Of a stretch of 64,000 nt of DNA, positions 1 through 12,999 are shown in pieces. The position numbers were made by a program, and so were the translations under genes. The stretch comes from Oopsacas minuta (Eukaryota; Animalia; Porifera): the NCBI GenBank assembly GCA_024704765.1, contig JAKMXF010000296.1, positions 470,465 to 534,464 of the forward strand. The letters are read 5' to 3'. How positions within the stretch are numbered: the first letter of the stretch is position 1; every line of letters starts with the position of its first letter. The notes beneath the pieces are model-generated. The model had not been told where the DNA came from. It worked only from the letters and a program-made list of their open reading frames with translations, and did no database searches.

Positions 1-1139
1 TTTGGCAAGTTATGGCGGGACATTAGCCTCATTGACAGTTAACAGATACCCGGGTAGAGAAATCGGGATGTCCAGTCAACAAACGAAACAGTTGGCAAGT
101 ATGGTAACGTTTGATTGAGTGAATACAGCGAATGCAATTTAGTTGAAACCAAAATATTCAATGCATTGTTGCATTGTATATTTTAGTGTTGCTGAAAGAA
201 TTATCTGATAACAAGCTTTCAATTAAAGTACAAGAATTATATGTAATGAAATACACTAAATAGCAAACAAATGAACATGAAATTATAGAATAACAATCGG
301 GTATCACCTCAATATCAAGCATCAACAGTATGAGCTTTTCTATGGTAGTTGTAATGCATAAATCAGTACAATTTGACTATAGTGAGTAATACAATTTTCC
401 CCATAGGATTTGGCTTAGTAGGAAATTTTTCACTTTGTCAATTTTCATCCTATTTTCAAATTATTAATCTCTATCAGCTTCTCTCAACGAGTTATTGAAC
501 GGTGCATATAGGGCTTTTTGACCACATTACAAAAGTTGGGGGAGTGTAAGATTCTGAAATTGCTCACCAAATTTTGTGCGATTGTGGAAATTGAATATTA
601 TCATCTTTTCGCTTTAAGAATTATTCTTCAGAAAAGTTCAATAATAGCAAACCTTTCCTTTTGCATCAGGAGATAAACAAAATATTAAGCTAGTACTAAA
701 TTCATCTATTGATTATATATAATCTTGAATTTTCGAAAATATGAATATGGGACAGTGGTTATTGCGCACCCTGTAGGAAAACATTTGATTTATAATAAAT
801 AGCAATTCTTGTGCAAAATTATTTGTCAAATGTACATCCGAAAATCTTGAATAAGTGGTTGGAGTTGGCATTCGGTCTCATAGCCCATAGATGCCAATCT
901 GGGGTATCCCCAAACCTTGAGGTTTCTTATCAAGAGGCGTTAGTTAGGCTTTTCGTTTAAATTTATAGAGAAGCATCATAAATTCGCGTCATATTTCACC
1001 CTTTGAATTTTGAAAAAAGCGAGAGACTCACATGTATGGTGCGATAATTGATATCACTGTCAGGCCCCCAAAAGAAACGCTACTGCAATAATGTTAAACT
1101 ACTTAGGTGAAAAAACCTAATGTAGGTGTGTTTTAGGAA

Positions 1140-2365
1140 CTATCTTTTCTCGGGTACATTACCAGTAGCATAGTTTCTCTTCATCATTTTCGTAGTCGGA
1201 AATAAAATACTACCGCTTAGCATTCTAATCACCTATGGCTGTGGCACCAAGTTTTTCTCGGTCCAGGGATTGTTTAAATGAGTTTGGGATTACTATATAG
1301 GAGTGTACATCTTAGAAACAATGCACTTTGGGCAGAATGAATGTAGTACATTTCTACGAGTATGTAACACTTTCGGGCTAAAGTGGATGTCATCATTCAA
1401 TAAAAGCAAAAATTTTGCCAAAATGTGCCAAATGAATATCTTGTACTCAAAAATTCAGCAAAATATATCTAAATGGTCAATCATTAAGACCAAGTTAGAT
1501 GTTAAATATTTGTTTTGATTAAAATGTTGAAATACGAAATGTTCTAAACTCGTTTCTGCACAAAATCTAAAAATTTAGTCATAACAAAGTAATCAAGTTT
1601 CTGAGTTATAACACATAACATGGATAGCACATGTTTCCCATTATCCACCTACAACTCAGTAATCATGGAAACCATTATAAAATCAGGATAGCCATTATAT
1701 TGGTTATATCAGACTTCCAAGAGTCTGATAATACATTTTGATAACCCTTACCAATTTGACATAATAGTGAATATGCCCATATATGGTCATTTTCAATATT
1801 CGCAATTATCAGAGGTTTCAGGGCAAAATGTATTATGAGGGTATGGAAGTAGGATATATGTAATATAATGGCTATCCTGATTTCACAATAATTTCCATGA
1901 TTATCGAGTTATAAGTGGATATTCATAACCTGTGCTATCCATGGTATGTGTTATAACTCAGAAACTTGCTAACTTTATGATGACAAAAGTATTTTATTTT
2001 GTTAAAAACGATTTTAGAACATTATTTATTTCAACATTTTAATCAAATATTAATATTTAACGTTTTACATGGTTTTAAAGATGGAGCATATGTTGATAAT
2101 TCTCTGAATTATTGATTACAAAGTTTATAATTTGACAAATTTTGACAAATTATTGCGTTCATGCAATAATGACGTGTCTTTCTTCAAGTATCTAATAAAT
2201 TCATTCAGCCAAAAGTGCATGGTTTCTGAGCTATACACTCCAGTATAACTATCCCAAACTCTTTTAACCAATCCCTGGTCCTAGAAAACAAGTTGGTACC
2301 ATTGGCCTGGTGTATTAGAATGCTGTGACCAGCGTCATATGAATGAAAATACGAGAAGGTATCTA
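1140..2365. repeat. Old foldback element: two diverged inverted arms (~1140-1720 and ~1850-2365)
   Basis: The reverse complement of 1850-2365 aligns along its length with 1140-1720. Examples: AAGTTTCTGAGTTATAACACATAACATGGATAGCAC vs GTGCTATCCATGGTATGTGTTATAACTCAGAAACTT; CCAGGGATTGTTTAAATGAGTTTGGGAT vs ATCCCAAACTCTTTTAACCAATCCCTGG. Boundaries approximate; no TSD found. Confidence 0.75.
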
Positions 2366-5300
2366 TAATAACTAATTGTTACATCCCCAACAACAGCAAA
2401 TCAAAGTGGACAGACAATTTTAGGGAGGAAATTGGAGAGTCTCACATGCTATTGCGTAGGCCAAGGAAAAATGTCAAGAAAAATAGGCCAATGCCTGACC
2501 GCTTCTGCCTTGTGATAATAGTTATTAATACATTCGAAACCCGAATTTTTATTCATTTTGTAAGTCATTATGGTAGATAAAATCGTATTAATAATCCAAA
2601 TTATCGAAAATATCAATAATCTTGAATACCTCACGGATAAATTCTCAAAAATTGACAGCTATGGAACAAAATGTCCTGTACACCTTAAAAAGGACTACTA
2701 TAATCGAAGAATTGATATTGTATACATTATCACTTTATTGTAGAAATCAGAAAAGATCTTCAGGTCAACTCAGATCTTGAAAATATTTTTAACGCTCCAA
2801 ATACTTGTAAGACCAGCAAATGGTTTGTCACTTGATATGTATTGATAGGCATAGAATTAGACACATTTGGAGAGGCAGCTCCCCACCCGCTCATATGTAG
2901 GGGCCTTTTCGAAGTGCATTCATCTTATCCATTTTCTGCTTTTACCCGGAGTGCAGAACGTGGATTATATTTATGACCATTGAAGTGGGACTATAACATC
3001 ACCTTATCATTCTTTCCACATATATTTTGATTTCCTTATTTTGAATTAGGATAAGCTTTTTGATACACACAATTTTTATTTGGAATACCATAATAACCCT
3101 AGGCTGAAATTGGGTAAAAAATTTAGGAACTGCTAAGGAACTGCCCACCCTGAGATCAGATTTGAAATTTATAAGTACGTTACATAACTAAGTTCAAGGT
3201 TATAGCCTGTTGAGTATGATACATTTGAATAAGTAGATTGGATGGTCTGATCCTGTCCCTAGAGATGGCTGAATTTGTCCATTTCGCTAAAGCTTGGCTA
3301 AAATTTGCATCTTTCACAGTTATATCAAAGGAATATTTCCACGTTGGAAAACGTTTATAATCTCTAGCTAAAAGTATTCAAGTACAATATTGTTTATACA
3401 TTTTGGCAAGACTTTCCTGTTGATGGAGTCAGCATGACTTACTAATTACTTCATTGTACCTCAATAGTATAGTGTGTTGTATCCCATTTTTCATCTCATC
3501 TGCCAATTTTGAATTTTATAAGGATCCTATGTTGATTACTCACAAGCAATGCTATAATCAAGGTTATTATTGATTTTTCCAAACTACACTATCTACTAAA
3601 CTAAAGATATTATTGGAGCTATTCTGATGTTGCCAGTAGTACACAGGAATTGATTACCAAATTTCTATTCAAATTTTGATCATTCAGTAATTCAATTTAC
3701 CCTATAATCACAATTTATATTCATTAAACAACACTAAATTTACATTTGATTATTCCAAAAGTGTGAAAATCGGATTCAACATGTTCGATATATTTAGTGA
3801 AATATTATTTAATTTTATTTGCTTCCTTGAAAAACACGATAATACATAGTGATGCGACAATTTCATAGTTGATACCCCTAATCCTTTTCTTGACACCGGA
3901 AAATATAAAAACATACAAACAAAACAACAATTGAGATGTAATAATATAGATTTTAACCCATGATCTGGGGTCACAATCTCCATACGCTAGCAATTTCATC
4001 TCTCCATTCCTATTTCACTTGTCTTTTGGTACGTACGGTGAATCAAACGCACTTTAACCAATGGTCTCAGATACATGCTAGCAGTAACACTGTAGGGCAA
4101 TACCTCTGGAAACGATACGCTCTGAATCAACAGGTAGAGGCGTTTTATCCATTAAGCCGATTACCAGTGGCGGGATACCCGCTGCGGCAGGTACGGCCGT
4201 GCAGTCTCACTTTTCAGAGTGGTTCGGCTTCACTGCATAATGTTTCGAACTGTTTTCCAGTACTTTTAGGCTTTGTAACACAATACTAGGTAAATTGTGC
4301 AAATTCATGTGTGATTCAAAGGATATTTATGTTTGTCCACTTTAGGAAAGGCAAATTATGTAGAAGAACACGGGAATAATCAGGCATAAATATTAGTGGC
4401 CCTTTGTATTATTTGGTCCGGTATCGTCATATAATTTTTGATATTATATAATAATCCGCCGTACCACTTTTCAAATGGATGTTCGCGCCTGATATTACTA
4501 ATATAGGTATCGAGAGGCTAAATCTTTAGCGATTTTTGGATGTTTAGATCCGAAATTTTACTTTCGAATCAATCTTACACCGTCCTAAAACACAAGTATT
4601 TGGGCTTGAGGTAAATAAATCGCTAGTATATCGGAAACCCATCCAGTAAATTAGGAACCCCTTTCTCCCTCTAGATTGCTATACACCATAGATTGCTCGT
4701 GGCCCAAATGTTCACTGTATAGGTTATCAGGTCACCCTCACGCGCCTGCACTGGCCTCAGAATGTTTCAAGTACTAGTTCTAAGCTTCCGAGATACTAGG
4801 GATAGCACAAAATTCTTGAAGAGTCTAGTTATACACTTTGGGTGATGATTTTGGGAGGTTACCACCACATCACGACCGTGTTTCAGGGATCTGTATTTCC
4901 CCGGACCATCAAGTCGCGTCACGTCAAGTTTCGTCCCGGAAATTTGGCAGGCCCAATACTTTTTGTAAGACTTGAAATTTTTGAACTAATGATATTATAA
5001 ATGTGGTAAATGATAAATTAGAAATCAATTATTTGGGATTTACAATTTCTCAACTTGCAATTGCCAAAAGTAACGAGTAACTAATTTTATAGATATAATA
5101 TGTCATTAAATTAGAAGAGAACAAATAGAACAAACAAAAAATACCTCCACTCGATTCTCATTCACCCTTATCTGTTAATGAGGCCAAAAGAGGGTGTGGA
5201 AGATTATACCCATAGTTTAGAGTGAGGTCGAAAATTTTGAAAACTTTTCATTTATTAATTCTAAAATGTGCTAATATTGCTAAAGCAGGGAACGATGCAA

Positions 5301-5752
5301 TTTTGGGCGAAGGTTTTTGAGGTGGTAAATTCAGCCATTTTGGCACCGGATTGGAATCCTTTTCAAATTTTCGATCTTTTTGACCAGGTCTAACCTTGAT
5401 AGCGAACTTTGCATCGCCAGAATTTTCCCTCATTACTATTGTTGACATTTTGCCACTTAGTCTCTATTGTCACAATCTACCCAAGCATAAAACTTGATCA
5501 ATTATCTGATGGCTGTGAGTAGTTAGCGTTTTCTCTGTTTTTTTTTTTTTTGTAGTTTGCCGTAACACAAATTCCGAGCCTCTGAATATATGGAACCGTT
5601 AACTTTAATATTTGTGAAGATAGAGATAAAATTGAATTTTATCAAGTTATGTAATTATTTTAGTCTTACGTATATATTTCAAATATCTGCATATCTGATG
5701 TCAGGCTTGGCAGTTCCTTATACTATTACTCTATCTCAGCCTGGGGTTTCAT

Positions 5753-6014
5753 ATGAATATCGGGTACTCTCTAGCCTTGGTTCTTTATTACTATTTTTTA
5801 TTAGTTATGACCAATGAACTGGATAATTCTACATATCTTCAATACACTAGCGCAGAGAAACGTTCTGAAAGTTTTCATCAAGAGTTTGGCTTTGCCCTTA
5901 TTATTTTTATTCTCTTACTCTCTCTATCTTTATTATTTATCTGGTTATTCAAACATTACAGGATTCGTCTCTTTCATGAGACAGGTGTAGCTATGATCAT
6001 GGGAATTATCTTTG
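5753..6014 (+). CDS. SLC9A6/7/9-like: Na+/H+ exchanger, endosomal NHE6/7/9-like, coding exon 1
   Basis: Encodes a hydrophobic N-terminus, then FALIIFILLLSLSLLFIWLFKHYRIRLFHETGVAMIMGIIFG (the NHE 'IWLFKH.R.RF.HETG' motif). Phase-1 donor G|GTAATG at 6015. An alternative start ATG lies at 5807. Confidence 0.88.
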
Positions 6015-7503
6015 GTAATGATTTATAGTTTATTTTGCTTTGGATTCTTTAATATATACTGTATTGCTCTGAAGAAATACCTGGGGGTATCACTCCCGAT
6101 ATTCAAAGTAACACCAATTTTTTGACTTTTAATATGCGGTACACTTTTTCCTGCACGAAAAATATACGCCTGGTGCTTATGCAGGGAATACGGTATGTTG
6201 AATTTGGCTTCCGGTGTTTGTACAAATTTGAATTACAAAATATTTGCATTCCCATTTTTGCAGGTCTGTCGTCTTTTCCCCTTTTGCTGGTGGTCTCCCG
6301 AGTGTGTGTTATTTTCCGTTTGTACATATAGTCCATCATACTACAATTCGGATAGATTTGCAATTAAAATATTGTAGTCAGGATGCTAATCCAATCTATA
6401 CAATTATCGATTGCCGTCGGCATATTTCATATCCATAGGACCTTCAATTGTTCCGTCGATTGGACCTTCACCCAATAAATTCTATTGAATAATTATCGAG
6501 GAATTTTCGCCGATATTTTTCAATAAATTATAATGAAAACTTTGGTAAATTATCATCACATAAAGATAATTTAATGACGTTTTCATTAAACATTTTAACC
6601 TAAGTGGAAATATGCATATATATTTTGGCTATAAATGCGAAATTTTTCGCTCTTATTATTTCGAAAATAATACATCTATTAGAAATATCAAATTTTATTC
6701 ATGTACAAGTATTATTTATTTACCACGCATTTGGCCGTATTTGCGATATATTTTTAGATATGATGTTTATCATCATTTAATTTGTTGATATTGGGAACCC
6801 ATCAGCAGTGGTAGCCCTAACGTAAAATTGCCATAGATTTGAAAGATTCTGCCCCCGGCCCTACCCAGGTCTGTCATCTTCGGAAGACCACTGCCTATTA
6901 TAATATACCATTTTTCCCTGGTATGCCATATCCTGGCACCGCCCCTGCCCGTGAGTTTGTTGTACAGATTGCTATAAAATTTTGTGCCAGGATCGTACCG
7001 TACTGTACTGCCAAGAACCTGAACTACAACAATCTCATATGATACAGATAAATAAATATAAGGAAAGTGATTAAATGGGGTAAGTGGAATACTTATGATA
7101 GCAATATCTAAAATATATGTACGTGCATTTCTTAATCCAAATGGTTCATGAAAAAATACAATAGAACTCTAAAAGATGTGGGTAACAACAAGTTAAGTTT
7201 CAGCAACATTGGAAATTGAATTAACGGCTCCTGGAGAATTTTTTAGCCAAAGTAAGATTTGAACATTGAAAACATTCGAAAAGAACTGATACAAAGACAA
7301 ATTGCTATTCCTTATCTTGTATCATTGTTGAATATTAATGTTAAGTTGTTAGCCATGTTGGTGAACACGAGATGTGACTAATATTGTTGTATATAGCAAA
7401 CAATCACTTGGTAGTTTCAGAGATCCTCCTGTGCATACTAGTATATTTTGGATGCCACAAGTAGTGATGTATCGGCCCAAACTGGACCGGCTCCGACCAC
7501 TGC

Positions 7504-10194
7504 CAGGGTTCTATCTAGGATGTTAAATTTGGGGGGGGGAAGCTTTGAAATCGTTAGTACCCAATTATCAAAATATTACAACCTTGGAGTAAACACCAAA
7601 CATATAATCTAATTCCTAATAATGAATATTTCTATTGTTAGTAAAACATGAAAGGGCCGCTCACAAATTGATTTTCTGATTTTCATTCCTTTATAATGCG
7701 CCAATACTGCCTCTAAATTTTCATCAGATAGGTGATCAAGACCTTCAACACATATGCGCATACAATAATCAAGTGTCTCTTCACTCATTCGGCTGCGAAG
7801 TCTCGTTTATATTAATTTCATATTGCTGAAACTCTTTTCGACTGTGGCTGTTGTCACTGGTATTACTTCCAAAATAGCGGCTATCTTTGCCAAGTTAGGA
7901 AATGCAGCATATATCTCTCCGTTCCCTAGCAGTAGTGAGAGTACAAATTGTAAGGATCTACCTTTATACTGTAGGAAAATTAAGCGTCGAAACAATTTCC
8001 ACTCTGACTCAGTTTCTTTAGCCTCGATGTCAGGCTGTGATATACCTTTATCTCCTCCTACATTGATCCTTTGTTCTACACTATAAAAATCCGTGAGTGT
8101 CTTAATCTGTTCCATTCCGTACTCTAATAATTCTTCTTCTGTACCAGGAAGATGGCGAGGGTCAAAAACAGACATGGTTGAAATGAGTTCAGTAGATTCC
8201 ATCATGACATGAATATGATCTATGACACTTGGAGGTATTGTCGATACACCTTGTGAAGAATTCCGTCTTCTCTTCTTCCAATACCACGATGTGTTTCTCC
8301 CCTAATTGAGCATCATGAGTAAAAACCAAAGAATGTTCCTTGAACCATGTGCTGCTTGTTACATCTTCTTTGAGTTCCAACAGCCGTTTAGTAGTACTAG
8401 CAACCATCGATGGGACACTCGCAAGATCAACATCCTTGGCTTGTAGACTTCCTTGCAATTTCACTACGATATGAAGAACATCTGATAGCATGTAGATACA
8501 TGCGACAGTCTTCTACTTCACTAAGAGACTTGCAATTCTATATAATTCTGCATCTCCAGTTTCTGCTTAAATCTCTTCAAATGTACTGACTAACCTGGTA
8601 ATCTCCGTCGCACAACAGACACAGCTCTCCCACGGACTAACCACCGAGTATCACTAGGCTTCTGCATTTTGATTTCAGGAGCCTGAAGTTCAGCTTGAAT
8701 CTCAGCAAGTTTCTCAGCTTTTTTGGGAGAAAAGTGAAAAGCCTTCCAGATTGTTAATAGTGTACCCAAAATTCTTTTCACCACTGTATGTTCTGATGCA
8801 GCATTTAATGCAGCAAGTTGAAGCTTATGGCAGCGACAGTGCACATAGATAGAGCTTGGTGCATGTAATTTTAGTCGTATTTGAACACCACTTATATGAC
8901 CCGACATAGTATTTGTATCATCAAAACCAAGTCCATGCATCTTGTCAAAGCCAATGTTCATGGAATGAAGAAAGGTTCGAAGCTAACAAGCGATCGCTTG
9001 AGCATTTTTCTCCTTCGCATGCAAAATTCCAAGAAAATGTTCTACTGATTTATTATCTTCTATCCAACGTGCACATACTGACAACTCTTCTTGTGATACT
9101 ACATCCGTACTTTCATATGCCATTAATGAATAATATGGGCTAGCGCAGAGACTGGTGATGATCCTCTTCTCGAGTACATTGCTAATACTTGAGAGAAGTT
9201 CCACTATTGTGGTATATGATTCATATGTCGCATTGTGTGGACACTTCTCTCTGAGATTTCAGTATGATGTCCCCATTCTCAATTTGTAAAGTAATGAGGT
9301 TTTCAAATGTAGTTGTATGGGGATATGATGCTTAACCAAGAAATAGAAGGATTGAATAAGCTTTTTCATAATGTCACGGTTCTGTTTCTTCTCCTCCGCA
9401 GTGGCTGCTTCCAATTGTTCCATTACATTACCATGTTCCTCTGTTGATTGAGACATAACCATTCTTTCGATCGCTGCTGCGTACCAATCAGATTTCTCAT
9501 GTTGTATCAGCAAACTTTTCGCCTTCACCCAATTGTTTATAGGTCTTGTCACCCATGCACCTCTCGCTTGTACCGATGATTTACCATGGACCTTACAAAT
9601 CGTACACACCATACCATTTTGGGATGAATCGTAGTCCATCCAAGTATATTCATTCTTCCAAGTAGGATTATAAACTTAGTTGTCCTTGTAGGCTCGCATT
9701 TTTTTGGATGTTTTAGAAACACATGGAGTAGAAACAATCGCATCTTCCTCTGGTGGTTGTGGTTCAGACTCAGATATATGGTTGCAGTCAGAATATTTTT
9801 TTTAGTTCCTCGAATGATAACAAATTTATTCATATGATAACACTGGGTTAATCAATTATTCTCTATGTAAAGTGAACAAAAAGAATTTTTTCCGCTATAT
9901 TATATCTCAAGAATTCGTACATCACTAATATATAGGCGGCTGGATAGTAGGAAGCTGTAGTTTCCAACATATGTTATTATTTCGCAGTTGAAATTGTATG
10001 AAATGTGATTCAGGTTTCCTACATGTTATTTATTTACATTTCAAATAGTATCTCCACAATGAATTGATATTCTAATAATTTATCCATTGAATAATGTATT
10101 GCGATTAATAGTACATTATATGAGATTTTTGGGGGGAAGTTGAAGAGTTTGGAGAGGAAGCTTTCCCCCCACCCCCCCAGTAGACAGAACCCTG
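7504..10194 (-). mobile_element. hAT DNA transposon (ZMYM1/P52rIPK-type transposase, defective), copy A
   Basis: TIRs CAGGGTTCT(A/G)TCTA at both ends, flanked by the direct repeat ACTGC (7499-7503 and 10195-10199). Internal ORF fragments carry hAT motifs. Confidence 0.92.
7656..9833 (-). pseudogene. hAT transposase pseudogene (TTF-type zinc finger, DUF4371, C-terminal dimerisation domain), copy A
   Basis: Fragments include MVCTICK..HEKS, AYESTD (usually ADESTD), DDTNTMSG, HCRCHKLQLA, DTRWL and TTATVEKSFS, broken by stops and frameshifts. End coordinate approximate. Confidence 0.88.
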
Positions 10195-10599
10195 ACTGCA
10201 ACTCTACTGTGAGTTTGCAATTATTATTCAATCAAGGTGGAATTTTTTTTAAATTTCAAGTTTCCAGTCTGACATTCCGCACTATTCTATTGCAGTATAT
10301 CAAAATATGTTATGAATGGGATATCGACATTTGATACAGATCATGTGATACAAATTTAATTGGTTATTTATTATACACTTCAGTTGTTGAAGTTACAGTA
10401 GTATTTGTTTTGTAAATGTCATTCATGTGTATATAGTCTGATAGTTGAAATTTGTTGATTGTGTCATGTGCCGTGACCAATAATTTCTTGAAATCGTTAA
10501 AAAGATGAAAATGATTCACTTTATATAAGCTTAACTACATTGCCTTTGTTAACTTTTATATTTTTGGCATTATTTCCTTTCGTATCTCATTCTAATGGC

Positions 10600-11006
10600 C
10601 GAACTTGATTAGTCATATAGGCCAATTACATCAACAAGGGGACCTATTTACTGCGTGGTTCACCAACTTCCAATCCTTCAGGCAATTGATCTGGCATTTG
10701 TTTTGAGGATCCTACATTGGACAAATGCCTCCGGGATCTTTACTTGAACCATTGTTTCCAGTTCTTATGTGGAACTGTCACTACGAGACATCATTTGGAC
10801 TACCAAGAACTACAAATGCAGTTGAGGCGTGGTATAGTCCATTCAATGCTACTGTTGCATGTCCTCATCCTGGCATATGGAGATTCATCAGTGCGTTAAA
10901 ACGTGGCCTCGTCGAGGTCAAACAGACAAAGTTTATCGCAGGAGAAAAGCCAACCAAGCTGCGTAAGGATCACGCAAATGCAAGAACAAGTGTTCCCATT
11001 AACTAA
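10600..11006 (+). pseudogene. Mutator-like (MULE) transposase C-terminal fragment
   Basis: PLFPVLMWNC...LPRTTNAVEAWYSPFNATVACPHPGIWRFISALK matches the MULE motif 'PRTNN.VE.WH..F......HP.IW.FI..LK'. Confidence 0.75.
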
Positions 11007-11611
11007 AACATAATCCAAAATGTATTATAAATAACCAATCAAATTTGTATCGAAATGTCGGTATCCCCTTATGAACGATATACTTATTCACAAAATATCA
11101 ATTCAAATCAACACCTAACCACTTGGGCTGAGAGATAGGGAATATCTATTTAATTTGTTGTAAATTCTATATTTTCATGACAAATTATTTGGTCTCTATA
11201 GTCACAAGAAACTAAATATGTGATTTACAACAAATATCTACTCTATATATCCCAAATAGCTCTAGTATATCCTTCAAATCCCACACTATTATTTATGATA
11301 AAAAGAGATTTATGAAATGTATTATTTTGGATATTTTGGGAGTTTCAGGCAGCTAAATGTAATATAATCACTTGTGCGCACTTGTGTACAGGTCAAAACT
11401 ATTTATATTTTGAATATATTATCAAAATTTAATACCATTTCAACACTATTGAGAATTCACACCACAATGTAAAATCATTAAGACCTACGCAACAACACAA
11501 CAAGTTTTATCGTCGGGTGTCCACCATGTTTAGCCTAAATCCTACACATTGGAGCATTTCCACACAACAAATCCTGGACTTTCATTGACTTAAATTTCAA
11601 AATTATGGACA

Positions 11612-11726
11612 CAGGTGTTTTGTCCAGGAATAGAGTAATTTTAGTCTCACGGTCGGCACTTTGTGTCTTTCATGCCTCCTGAACTGACATTTTAGGTGCC
11701 AGCCAAGCACCTAGATAAACCCCCTG
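11612..11726. mobile_element. hAT-type MITE (~115 bp)
   Basis: Imperfect TIRs CAGGTGTTTTGTCCAGG and CAGGGGGTTTATCTAGG (reverse complement). Flanks TATGGACA and CATGGACA form an 8-bp TSD with one mismatch. Confidence 0.6.
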
Positions 11727-12999
11727 CATGGACATGATCCTTGGGACTAAGTTGTTTAACAAGTATATGTGTAAACAATTATAAGTTAATCATTGCATTC
11801 AAACACTCTAAGGCACTGGCACTGCATGTACTATGGATGGGTTAATGCCGTTCAATGTAGATTTGTAAAATTAGTTTAGCATCGAATATATAGTTCTAAT
11901 ATCCAAAAATGGTAGATCGGAATACGTTCTTGACTGTGTGGACCCAATATTACCCAATCTAATCGCCTAGAATAAACTTTGAGAACATAGTAGCTTTTTA
12001 TTTTGTACTAGTTTCTTTGGCCACTTTGCTTTGCCTGTCATGTAACTTGGGCAGTTGGGAAATATAGTTAGAACCTCTGTCTCCAACAGGGTTATCTTCT
12101 CTCGGGGCTTCACTTTCCATTCCACTCCATCAAAATTGTTCAGTCAAGGGATAGTCCTAAACCACCTCTCACACATCTCTACATCCTTGGGGAATGAAAA
12201 TGTTGGCGTACGATGCTCCTAGCTCTTGTAATTAGAATTACATCACGGCACCACAAAAACTCATCTTCGTTACAGTAACAGATGAGTATTCAAGTAGTAA
12301 GTCAACATGTATAATTGATTGAATGAAAGAAAAACTTAGTAAACAAATATGCATATAATGTAATGTATTTATGTTGCAGTGTAAACGGGACATTGGCGTA
12401 CACCCGGGTACATCGGTGTATACGCGTTCACACTGGTGTAAACGCGAGAATATCCTAGTTTGTTTAATATCAGGATTACATCAGTGTGAACGTGAGTAGA
12501 GTTGTAATAGAAATTTGTGGTATATTTCGAATAACTATTTATTTTATATACGTATGACTTAAGTAGCGAAGTGTCGGGGTAGCCAATTGTCAATATAGCA
12601 AACTGTTCGTATTCGTTTAAGATTCATATCTGATTTATAAATCGTATAGCAGAATTCTCTAATTTAATGAAACAATTATACATAGATAGAAATATTATGT
12701 TACGTATATTACTACATACTATATCTATTACGCAAAATAACAGTAAACAAGCATTAATTGATTAATAATTCGAGAATTCTTGATAATTGATATGCTTGCA
12801 CCTTTAACAAAATGTGTAAGATGATAACATAGCTACTGAATAGGGATTGGAGTTCAAAGATTTCTATTCCTGCTATTGTTGCCTGAAGAGTATGCTGAAT
12901 TGAAGCTTTCCGCTGATTTGTGATGCATCATATTTGTGATTAAAACTTGAACATAAATAGGTCAATGGGCTTATTTGTGAGATCTCTTGTTAGCGAATA

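Noticed and set aside
2450-3450. Possible decayed transposase on the + strand (..TSPYHSFHIYF..EYHNNPRLK..)
   Set aside because: Many stops and no motif that I can assign to a family with confidence.
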